DNA of 64,000 nucleotides from Naegleria gruberi (Eukaryota), in assembly GCA_000004985.1 (NCBI GenBank), contig GG738855.1; one strand, 5' to 3'. The translations under genes and the position numbers were made by a program. Shown here one piece after another: positions 1-9,640 of the stretch; within the stretch, counting starts at the first letter, position 1; the number at the start of each line of letters is the position of its first letter. The notes below the pieces were generated by a model. The model saw only the letters and a program-made list of their open reading frames with translations, did not search any database and was not told the DNA's origin.

Positions 1-387
1 TGTGTTACAACAATTCCAAAAGCTCATGGTAATTCAGTTTTCTCTGTACAATTCTCTCAAAATTCTAAATATTTCCTCTCTGGTGGATCTGATTCTATTG
101 TAAGGATATGGGATCTTTCTACTGGTAAACAAGTGAGGTCATACGAACCACCAAAACCTCAAGAAGTCAACTATAGGGTTCAAGCTAGTTTCAATTTTAA
201 CGAAAGTGGTGTTATGTCTTCTTTCCATAATGATATTATCATTTGGGATACTAGAATGTCCAGTATTTCACACCAATTATCAGGACATATTAAACCTGTT
301 CGATGGATAGCCTCTTCTCCAGTGATGCACTCAATCATGTCTTGCAGTGAAGATTTGAGAGCTCGTTTCTGGAATGGAGAATAAATA
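1..387 (+). CDS. WD40-repeat protein, C-terminal part (5' end lies outside the window)
   Basis: Frame 1 is open from nt 1 (CVTTIPKAHGNSVFSVQFSQNSKYFLSGGSDSIVRIWDLSTGKQV...), continuous with the ORF at 133..384. WD-repeat signatures are present (SGGSDSIVRIWD, IIIWDTR, EDLRARFWN). TAA stop at 385-387. Confidence 0.6.
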
Positions 388-445
388 TTGTTTTATTAAA
401 AAACCTTCAATTATAATAAATAAATCAATTTATTAGTAGTAACAT

Positions 446-3400
446 TTAAGAAAGATCAAAGGTGTTTCTTCCCAATTGTATAGATGTTTCCATTCTTAGT
501 TTGAGAGTTTGGAGCGATGTGTAGGCAGGTAATTTCAAATAGTTGAAACATGTATTGGATGTAGGTAAGGTATTGTCTGGGTTTTGACCTGTCTTTTCGA
601 CGATAGTAATCTTCAATCCATCTATTGGAATTCTAGAACAACCGGTTACAAATTGAAGGAAGAGCTTTTGTTCTGATGCGCTCAAAGATAACAACCATTC
701 CATTAAGAAGAGAATTGGTTCAGAATTGATGGTATAACCGTGTGAACATTGAATACAATCGAGCAAAGATTGCTTATCCTTCCATATTTCATCGCTTCCC
801 TTGATAAAGAGTGATATTTCATCTGATGAAAAGCTCTTCAACAATTTCAAACCCCTATTCGAAATTATTTCTCTCAAACCAAATCTGATACAATTAATTT
901 GTTCCATAACTCCCTCATTACACAAATAATTGGTCAAGCATGTCACATATTCATCAATGTTGTGAATTGTTACATCACTTGAAATTTCCTCGAGTGGTTT
1001 CAATTTGTAATTACCAAATGTGAAATCTAAGCTCAGCAAATCAATTTCAGATTTGAGCTTTTCCCATTCCTCTGAACCCTCTTGAATATTCTTCTTAATA
1101 TCTGCATATTTTATAATGGAGGTGATAGAGGTGAACAGTGTAGGATTGATTGAAGAATAGTCATTCAATTGGCATGGAGAGTTTGAAATTATCATATCTA
1201 TCATATTCAAGTTACATTCAAGATCCAAAAGTCTACCATCTTCAATGGCCTTACCAATCAAGGATCCCACCAGAGAGTACATGAATTGTTTCTCACCAGA
1301 TAAATGTTCAAAACTATTTTCAGATACAAGCTCAGGGAAGATACCGTATGCTGTTTTTACATAATCAGAATCGTCACTGGATTGATTCATCCACAAGCAG
1401 TGTTGCTTCTTTTGTAATTCTCTTGAAAGTAAATCAAAGAAAGCCCTCGTTGGACCAAGGCCAGTTCCGACTAATGAAATAATTAGACAAAGAAAATGAA
1501 ATACTTACCTTCATTTTCATATTCGAACTCCAAAATAGATTTAGAGGAGAAATTTTGTGGTTTGATTTGGGAAAGAGTTTGTTCTACTATTTTCTCTCTG
1601 TCCATAATTTTGACTTTCTCTGACTTTTTCCTGCCAATTCTAGTATCATTCGAGTCACCAACAGCTCCACACTGAGATTGAAGAATAGATGAAGGATGGA
1701 GAGTGACGCCACTCCACTTGAAGAAGAAATTTCTTCTTGTAGAAAGAGGTAGAAGGAAAGTTCCACAATGTGTTGCAATATTGTACATCCAAGATGGGAG
1801 AGTTCCACTAATCATTGCCAAAACAAGCCCAATGAAATATGAGTCCTTATTTTGTTGGATAATGAACTTGCTAGCCACTTGAAGGTTTTGGAAATTGCTT
1901 GGATCGATAATATTGTTGTTCTTTCTGTTTAGTTCGAAGAGAACCTTGAGAAGAATCAGGCAATTTGTCAATTCTTGTGAATGTGATTTCATATCTGCAG
2001 TAAATTGCTTGATCCATAGTAGTAATTTTTCGTTGAATGGACTCTTGGTTGGGTGTGTATTTTGGTGACTGTTCTCTTTCAAAAATTCCTTCAATTTGTG
2101 TGTTTTGTCAACAAATTTGTATGAAATTTCATACTCTTTGCTGAAAAGTTCCAAAATAACACTCTCCTCACACAGAGATAGCTTCTTCTCATTTAGAACT
2201 GTTTCAAAGAGAGTTAGTGAAGGCTCATCGCATAAATTCCCATCAATCGATATTTGAATCTGCTTGCCTTGAAGATCAATCTTTGAGGCTATAAAGTTCT
2301 CTATTGTCTTTATAGTAATAAGTGGCTCTGCCTTGAGGGAACCCTTCCAATCATGAGTTGAATTAGTAGGTTTAATATTCAAAACGACTCCTGATGCAAA
2401 CTTTTTCACTGTAGCTTCAGTGATACTAATATCTGATATTTTGAATGAGCTTTGAGCCAGCTTATCAATGAGGGAATGTAATAACTCTACCAAATTGGAC
2501 AAAACATCTCTATTCCTCACGATATACTTTTCCAAATCTTCAACACTGAAATCAAATGCAGAGATCAATGCATTAGTAAAGCTAGTCACAAAATTGGATT
2601 GCTCAAATGAGTATGATGAAATGGTTGATTGGTTAAGTATGTTGGCTAGTTCCTGCATAATTTCGCTATCAATTAAATTCTTTTTCAAAGAGGAACAAAT
2701 AGAGTGGAGCTTATTTTCCTCCTCTGAGGTATGATTGTAGTGAAGCTTGTCAGAGAAATAGTTATCTAAAATTGCCTGAGAGTTTGATTGGATAAGCCTA
2801 CTAATTGAAGTTTCAATAGGCTCTGATTGAGAATCTTTGGAAGAGTTAATCAATTCAGTGAGTGTACTTATAACTCCCTCTCTTAGAATAATCTTTTTAA
2901 CAGAGTCAAAACCACTATCAAGCTTGAGCAGAGAATGAATAATATGCAAGCAATTGGTAATTACAATAGAATCAAGTCTTGTAGCGTTTGAAAACTCTTG
3001 AGCAGACATGGTGAGATACATTGGTGAGCTATCTGTATCTTCGGAGGAACCTGCAGAGGAGGTATCATCTACATCCATCTTGTGGTGAGAGTATTGATTG
3101 AGGGTTTTGATCGCATATTTGGCAAGTATTTGTACACTTCTGGTTGGGATCTTGGAGGAGGATTTTTGATGGCTATTTACAAAACTATTCAAAATTTTAC
3201 AAATAATGTTAAGGCAATCTTTTCTATAAAACTCATTAGTAGAAAGGGCAATAAGAGGCTCTAATAATTCTTCCAAAGCATATTCAGAAATAAGCTTTTT
3301 GTTTTCTGTATCAAGTTTTGAGAAGGTGTTAAGTTTGATGAATTTATCCTTGCTCTTTGTGAGAGTTGGTTTCGTACTGGAGGATTTACTTCTGCTACCT

Positions 3401-5154
3401 ATAACAGATTGAGGTGTTGTTGGTGTTGTGGGTGTTGATTCGTTTGGTTTTTGTTTTTTGAAAAATCTTGTAAAGAAACCCTCCTTTTTGGTTGGAGATT
3501 CTGGTGTTTTAGAGGTTGGGCTCTCCTTACCATGTGCAGATTCACTACTAGTAGTAGTGGAGCCACCAATTAACATGCAAACATCTCTCGAGAAGGAACA
3601 AGGAATTGGATCTCTCTTGATATTTCTCATAAGGTTGGTACTACTGTATTGTTTGAGTTCTAATAGGTCAATCTTGTAAGCTCTACCTGCAATGTAAATG
3701 GTAAATTGACTATCTACATGTCCCTCACGATAATACTTTTCAAGTTCTGCGTTAGCTGTCTCGTCATATTCATTCAAATTGTGATAATCATCCTCCCAAT
3801 AATATTTAGTAGCACCATAAATATATTGTGCAATTACTTTGGAATCATCAACTTCTGGGAACAAATTACTCAAGAAGTATAATATAGAATCCTGCAATAG
3901 ATTGAAACTTTCCATTACTTTCTCATTATTACCAGAAATTACATAATCTTGTTGTTGAGGATCTATCCACTTTTTGAGTGAGAGGAATAAACTTCTTCCA
4001 GAGTGGTTTGGATTTACCATTTCATTCAAAACTTTTGGAGAAGCATCTGAGTACAAATGCAAAGTACTGACGATATATCTTGATATAGTGGCAGATGCAT
4101 GAGAAATAGTATCTGTAGCTTCACTCAATTTTTCCAGCATTTGAGTTAACATGGATGTATTCGCAACTTGTGAAGCTACAGTTTCAATAATTGAAGAGTT
4201 GGATTTGCTTTCTTTTGATTTTTTAGACTTGAGAGTGCCTTTTTGAAATCTACTTCTCTCAATAATATAAGCAAAAGTGTCACAAATGATTTTAAATGTT
4301 TGTAGTGACTGTCTTGTTGAATTTACATCACCTGAAGCATTTGAAAGAATGCTATGGCTTGTTACAATATTAATTTGACGAATTAATGCATCAAGAGCGC
4401 CTGCTTGCTCAATAAAAGTGGAAAAATCTTCCTTCACTCTCATCTTTCTAAACAAGTTACAAATAGTTTTCAAAGCAGATTGTTTGATTCTGGATGAAAA
4501 CATTGGACTATCCAGACAATTCAATAAAATACCAATAAAACCTGCTTCACTGCTTCCACTTGCGTTTTCATGATCATCATTATCGTTTGATGAAACAGTA
4601 TTAAATAGAGCAGTTGGTTCTTCAATACTTATCTTGTCAAAACATTTCAAAATTTCTTCCAGCATACTTTCATTTACAAATTCTCCAAATAAATCTGTTG
4701 CACGTAAACTATTCGAATGCTCCTCTTCATCCTTTTTCGATGATTTTGAAAATTGTTTTAACAATTCTAACAATGATTCTATTGGGTGATATGAAAGCAC
4801 AGTCGGAACGCTTCTTGGAACCATCTCAAGAACAATACCAAGAGCTCTAAGAATTAAAGTTACAATTTCCCTGGTTTGATTCCATCCATTTTGAATTTCG
4901 GAAACATCTGATGATCCTTCAGAGAGTTGACTTTCTAAACTTTTAACTGATGTTACCTTTTCCTTTAGGAGAGGGATGAGAACTGATGACCAACCATAAA
5001 CATCAAATCCTTGAATAAAATCCTCCATACCAATACACAGGAAGGTACACAATTCATTGAGTGAATTTATCTTCTCCTGATCAGTAGAGAGGTTTTGAAA
5101 ATCACTAGAACTCAAACTCATAGATCCGAAACCTTCATCATAGTCTTCGTACAT
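446..5154 (-). CDS. HECT-domain E3 ubiquitin ligase with ARM-like N-terminus and a WWE domain (TRIP12/UFD4/UPL3-type). Model: complement(join(446..1470,1509..5154)), about 1556 aa.
   Basis: The C-terminal ORF carries the HECT C-lobe (FLQFVTGCSRIPIDGL...LPTSNTCFNYLKLPAYTSLQTLKLRMETSI). A 38-nt intron (GTAAGT...TTAG) joins ...EFEYENE|VGTGLGPTRAFFDLLSRE, which is the HECT N-lobe start. A WWE-like segment lies upstream (YYWEDDYHNLNEYDETANAELEKYYREGHVDSQFTIYIAGRAYKIDLLELKQ...RNIKRD). The long N-terminus has an ARM/HEAT character. Confidence 0.8.
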
Positions 5155-5337
5155 TTTTTTTTAAAGTTGAAGAATTTGATCATGTGCTAAATATTGGTGG
5201 AACAACACCATCAATAACAGCATTGAATATTACAAAAATATTATGACACATATGCACTATTACTGTTGGATAATCTGAATTTGTTTATTTTTATCTTTTT
5301 GTGTGAATCTCAATGTTGGTTGTCCTGTGTTGAAATA

Positions 5338-6170
5338 TTACAATAACATACAGAGTCCACCCTTCTTGTTGTTTTTCTTTGGTGTCATTCTACCATACAA
5401 ACTAACTCGAATGGCATCATCGAATACCTTCTTCAAACCAATTTTTGTTTTGGAAGAACATTCCACATAACCAGCTGCATCCAAAAAGTCTGCCAATTCT
5501 TGGCCTTCCTTGTATGTTACAATTTTTTCTTCTCTTGCTTCCATTTTCTTGACATAGTTCACATCATTTCTCAAATCGAGCTTGGTTCCTACCAAGATAA
5601 CATGTGCTGAAGGGCAATGCTTGCTAATTTCAGTGTGCCATTTAACCTTAGCATTGACAAATGAAGAATGTTCAACTAAGGAGAAACAAAGTAAGAAGAC
5701 GTTTGTATCAGGATAGGAGAGAGGTCTCAAACGATCATAATCCTATTGTCATTATTATTCCGTTACATATTTAAATAACTATTTTCCAAAAGATCTTTCA
5801 CATACCTCTTGACCAGCTGTTCACGAATAGTCCAATGCTTAGCAAAAAAAGACATTTTAAAAACGTACCAGTATCCCACAAAGTAAGGTTTACCTTTCTA
5901 TTATCTACGAGAACACTACAACTCTAAATTAATGTTTGTACATGTTGCTGCCCAAATTAAAAAACCTACATAATTATCGAAAACTGTTGGAACATAGTCA
6001 TTCAAAAATTCCTTTCCAGAATAGACGATTAATAGACATGTTTTACCCACGTTACCGTCGCCTTAATGTGTTCAAGATCATAATTATAATCTCCTTTATT
6101 TTTATCTGCCTTACTTACCAACAACAACAATTTTGAGAGTAGTTGCCTCACCACCAACGCTATTGGACAT
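5338..6170 (-). CDS. Rho-family small GTPase (Rac-like) with CAAX end (CMLL). Model: complement(join(5338..5742,5806..5816,5869..5923,5970..6061,6119..6170)).
   Basis: The spliced product is [92 protein letters not shown]...LVGTKLDLR...CMLL. The G1 (GDGNVGKT), switch II (WDTAGQE) and G4 (TKLD) motifs are all recovered only with introns of 57, 46, 52 and 63 nt. This requires an 11-nt micro-exon (CTGGTCAAGAG) that supplies AGQE. Confidence 0.75.
5806..5816 (-). other. 11-nt micro-exon of the Rac-like gene, encoding part of switch II (xAGQE)
   Basis: It is flanked by an AG acceptor (minus-strand ...gaacag|) and a GTATGT donor. It is required to restore the frame and the invariant DTAGQE motif between ...LWDT G| and |[10 protein letters not shown]. 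Confidence 0.6.
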
Positions 6171-6311
6171 TTTTTTCTATAAAGTGAATTTTACACTCTG
6201 AAAAGGATTTTTCGATTGTTGTTCGTTAAGATATAATGATAGTGTGTGATAAGGATCTCAGCAATAGATCAACATTAACAAGCATATTCTTGAATATATT
6301 GAATTGTGAAA

Positions 6312-7184
6312 TTAGTAAGTTGGGTTCCAATTAGCAATCTTGGCAATGAGAGGTTCTGAAAACCCAAAGATATGTAACAATGACATGATAAGTAATACAA
6401 AAAGTAAAACCCAAACAAAAATTTGGCAAAAACCTATTCCGTCAGTTCTTGGTTCTCTGTTTTGCTTACTTAGATTTTGTTCGAGCCATTCATCCAAAAT
6501 TTCTTTGATTTTTTCAGTGGTATCTGGTTTTTCCTGAAAGCTTTTCTCTTCCATTTTTGGCACAACTTGTGTTGAGGTAGTGCTGAGAATATCAGAGTTT
6601 GATTCTTTCATTTCCCTGATAAGCATACTATCCATTTTTTGAATTTCATCCTTTGTCTCATCAAATCTGTCTCTGATTTGACCAATTTCTTGTTGTAATG
6701 TTTGACTTCCTTTTAATTCATCATCCAATAATTTTCTCACTGTATTGTGACTACTCTCAATAGAGGATAATCCCTCCTTTATCCTAGCAATATTTTGTTC
6801 TACGTGTTCTTGTATTTTAGGATTAGAGAATGATTTTGTAGATTTAGATGAAGAATTTAGGTAACCAACAATGAGAGTTCTTGGTGTTAGTAATTCCGAT
6901 GCAGGAGTGAAATCTAGTAGCGAAGATTTTTTGGTTGGTAGTGAAAATCGTTGTTTGTTGTTGTTTTTTGTAGTGGTGGCACCGTTACGTGGTGAATTAA
7001 TTGATGAAGAAGGGGTTGTGCTTTCCATTTCTTCTAAAGATGACGTCCCTTGTGTGGAGTCTTGTTGAATTTTTGTTTGGTTTGATGCTGCATTATTGGC
7101 TTCTGAATTTGTCACTTCCCTCTCTGTTTCTGTTGGTGATGCTTGACGAAATTGTTGGTTATGCTTGTTTATCTTTTTTGTCAT
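6312..7184 (-). CDS. Tail-anchored coiled-coil membrane protein (SNARE-like architecture, family not assigned)
   Basis: 290-aa ORF with an ATG at 7182-7184. The N-terminus is Ser/Thr/Asn-rich. A central heptad-like region (SIESSHNTVRKLLDDELKGSQTLQQEIGQIRDRFDETKDEIQKMDSMLIREMKE) is followed by a single C-terminal TM helix (FCQIFVWVLLFVLLIMSLLHIFGF). Confidence 0.5.
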   Translation of the reverse strand: MTKKINKHNQQFRQASPTETEREVTNSEANNAASNQTKIQQDSTQGTSSLEEMESTTPSSSINSPRNGATTTKNNNKQRFSLPTKKSSLLDFTPASELLTPRTLIVGYLNSSSKSTKSFSNPKIQEHVEQNIARIKEGLSSIESSHNTVRKLLDDELKGSQTLQQEIGQIRDRFDETKDEIQKMDSMLIREMKESNSDILSTTSTQVVPKMEEKSFQEKPDTTEKIKEILDEWLEQNLSKQNREPRTDGIGFCQIFVWVLLFVLLIMSLLHIFGFSEPLIAKIANWNPTY

Positions 7185-7256
7185 TTTTTCAAACTGTAAT
7201 TGGACAATTGAGCGCCAAATGATTGCTTACTCATCAGATTATTAATTTACAAATCA

Positions 7257-8603
7257 TTAATGTTTAATATTTGATTTCTTTTTCTTTTTTGCTTGTTGTT
7301 GACTCATGACAGCATCCATAGATTCCTTAATCATTGTTAGATTCTTCTCTACTTTGGATTTAGACATGTCTGCACCAATATCAGAGGACAATCCTTCCAA
7401 AAAATTGTCCAGTTTCATCTTGTTTCTTTTCAGATCACAAAGTGCTGCTAATGATTTTGGATCCATTCCTCTTGCATATTCTCTTCCTATATTTCTATTG
7501 ACTGCTTTTAGATCCAATTGAGATGCACTTGCTTGCTTTTTCTTATACTCGGCCATAAGTTGCATTGTTGATGTTTTCATTGACTCGTCAAGACCAAGCG
7601 TTTCTTCGTACTCAAACAGGTGATTATCAAAAGTTGGATTATTCTTTAAGGTTTTTCTGTGCTCTGTGAATTTTTGAAATGCATTAACAAGTCTGCAAGG
7701 TGCCACCTCAGGTAATTTGGAACAGGATGCAGCCCTAGTGGTAGAGAATGAGATACGCGAATCCTTCCTCTTTAAAAATTCAGGTTCAGGAGGTGACAGG
7801 AATCTGCTAGAGCTGTTTGTTGAGCCAGCACTGGTGTGAAACCCATTCTCAGTCATGGAAATATCAAATGTTGTTGAGCTTGAGGATCTCAGTATAGGCT
7901 TTCTCACATGAGGCAAAGTTGGTCCAGTATTACAAATGGAATTACTTGTGGAGAATAGAGCCTCTGCACTTCTTGAATGTTTCAATTCGCTTTTTCTGGC
8001 AATGAGAGGTGTCTTGGCAGGAGGAGAAATTGCCCTTGGTGACTGTGACAGAGAAGAGAGGGCAGAGGAAGGTTCTGATATTACAACTCTCGATTGAATA
8101 AAGGAAGTTGAAGAATTGTTCTGAAATGAGACCTTCTTTGCCAGTGCCTTTTGATTATAAGATGATGGGGATGTATTCGTTGTGATGTAGCTAGACTCCA
8201 TACAAGTTGTGATGGAAATAGTCGAGTTTTTATCATGGTGGTGGAGTGGTTGAAGTGTTGGTGGTGGATGAATGAGGATACCACTGTTGTCAATGCTGTA
8301 TAGAGGGGACGATCCCACAGAGAGTGAACTGTGCGATCTTTCCGAAGATGATTGAGGTGAAGTTTGTGGTAATTTTACAGCTGAGAGAGAGTAACTGGAA
8401 GAGATGGAGAGTGGAGAAGGTGGTGATTGCTTCTTAACTTTCTTATCTGTGGAATTAAGCTTGATAGGGGTTAGAACAGGTGATGATGATAATCGTTGTC
8501 GCAAAAAGATATCATCTGAAAGGACAGAACTTGGAGATGGTGTAGCCTCAAACCCAATGTGAGAAGTTGTTGGAGGAGTCCTTAATGATATTTCACTGCT
8601 CAT
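7257..8603 (-). CDS. Ser-rich low-complexity protein of unknown function
   Basis: The long ORF is 7257..8660, but its codon at 8660 is TTG. The first ATG gives MSSEISLRTPPTTSH... at 8603. The product is S/T/P-rich with a lysine-rich C-terminus. It is coding-like in composition but has no recognisable domain. Confidence 0.45.
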   Translation of the reverse strand: MSSEISLRTPPTTSHIGFEATPSPSSVLSDDIFLRQRLSSSPVLTPIKLNSTDKKVKKQSPPSPLSISSSYSLSAVKLPQTSPQSSSERSHSSLSVGSSPLYSIDNSGILIHPPPTLQPLHHHDKNSTISITTCMESSYITTNTSPSSYNQKALAKKVSFQNNSSTSFIQSRVVISEPSSALSSLSQSPRAISPPAKTPLIARKSELKHSRSAEALFSTSNSICNTGPTLPHVRKPILRSSSSTTFDISMTENGFHTSAGSTNSSSRFLSPPEPEFLKRKDSRISFSTTRAASCSKLPEVAPCRLVNAFQKFTEHRKTLKNNPTFDNHLFEYEETLGLDESMKTSTMQLMAEYKKKQASASQLDLKAVNRNIGREYARGMDPKSLAALCDLKRNKMKLDNFLEGLSSDIGADMSKSKVEKNLTMIKESMDAVMSQQQAKKKKKSNIKH

Positions 8604-9640
8604 GGAATATTTTAATAACAATAATTTAATATAAAGGAGATGATGAGTTGTTGAGTTCAATCACCATATGATAACACTCAATGAGCGACCAGGATAAGCA
8701 GTATTGGATGTTAAGAAGGTAATTGAGTCAATTTTTATAATAGTTAACCTGCTTCATGAAAATGTGGCGGCTCCCTATTTGGATAGTGAAAATATGGTGT
8801 TTTTGTTGCCTGTTCAATATTTATTAGGAGCGAGATAAAGAAATGTCTAATAAATCTTGGGTGGATGCAATTTATGTCACGTCCCTTAATAGTTATATGC
8901 TAGACATATTAGTTGTTTGAGTTCGTGGAGAAAGTTTCAGTCATTTTGGTGCATTCCTATTGTTCCAGTTATTGAATCTGTATTTTGATCGAACATTTAG
9001 ATTCCATCATTGGATTCACAATAGTGTCTTTTTCAAAGAACTTGAAAGGTGTAGATTGAACTTGAAGTGATAGGACAATAATGAGAGCAACCTCAAATTG
9101 ACCAAAGATTTTTCTAGTGTCCAATAATTTTGATTAGTTTCCATTTTAAAGATAAGATACATTAAAAACCTTTACAACTATCTCTAATATACATATTTCT
9201 CAATTTATTCTTGCAATCTTCAAGTGTTTCTTCTCTTGATACTATGGAAACAAAATATAACGTTTTGTAATCCATACTGTAGTTAACATGGCTTCATCAT
9301 TTCTAGCGCGGTGAATTTCATTGAACTAGACCATCCAATTCGATAATGGTTGCAAACAATAGTTTCTAATATCGTTCCATTTCACAATTTAAAAACATCA
9401 TTTCACACAACTAATAATGTAATAGAATAAAAGTCGAAACCCTCTTGAACTAGAGAGTAACCTTCATTGATGACTACAAGTATGAGATGAGACTAGATAC
9501 TTGCCTTGAAATTAATTAAAGCTCCTCCACATTCTGGAGTCATGGAGAACCAACACAAAAAAAAACTTCCAATCAAATACCTATTTGAATCTATTTGAAG
9601 AGATTATCATCACTGTGTGTTATCTATTTTTCAAAAAACA

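Noticed and set aside
133-384. Track start codons shown as M at 133, 9617, 24715, 31307, 46537, 58346 and other positions
   Set aside because: These codons are GTG/TTG in the sequence (the track evidently allows alternative starts). For a eukaryote I used the first in-frame ATG or the splice-supported upstream exon instead.
2468-4850. Several 60-90-aa plus-strand ORFs (2468..2734, 3082..3264, 3428..3679, 4614..4850) antisense to the HECT ligase gene
   Set aside because: They lie entirely inside a well-supported minus-strand coding region. They have low-complexity or hydrophobic chance translations and no start context. They are typical shadow ORFs of AT-rich coding DNA.
5731-5935. Reading the Rac gene as a Q61-less or truncated GTPase (direct join of ...WDTG to DYDRL)
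   Set aside because: This join is out of phase. The 11-nt micro-exon restores both the phase and the universally conserved DTAGQE, which is far more parsimonious.
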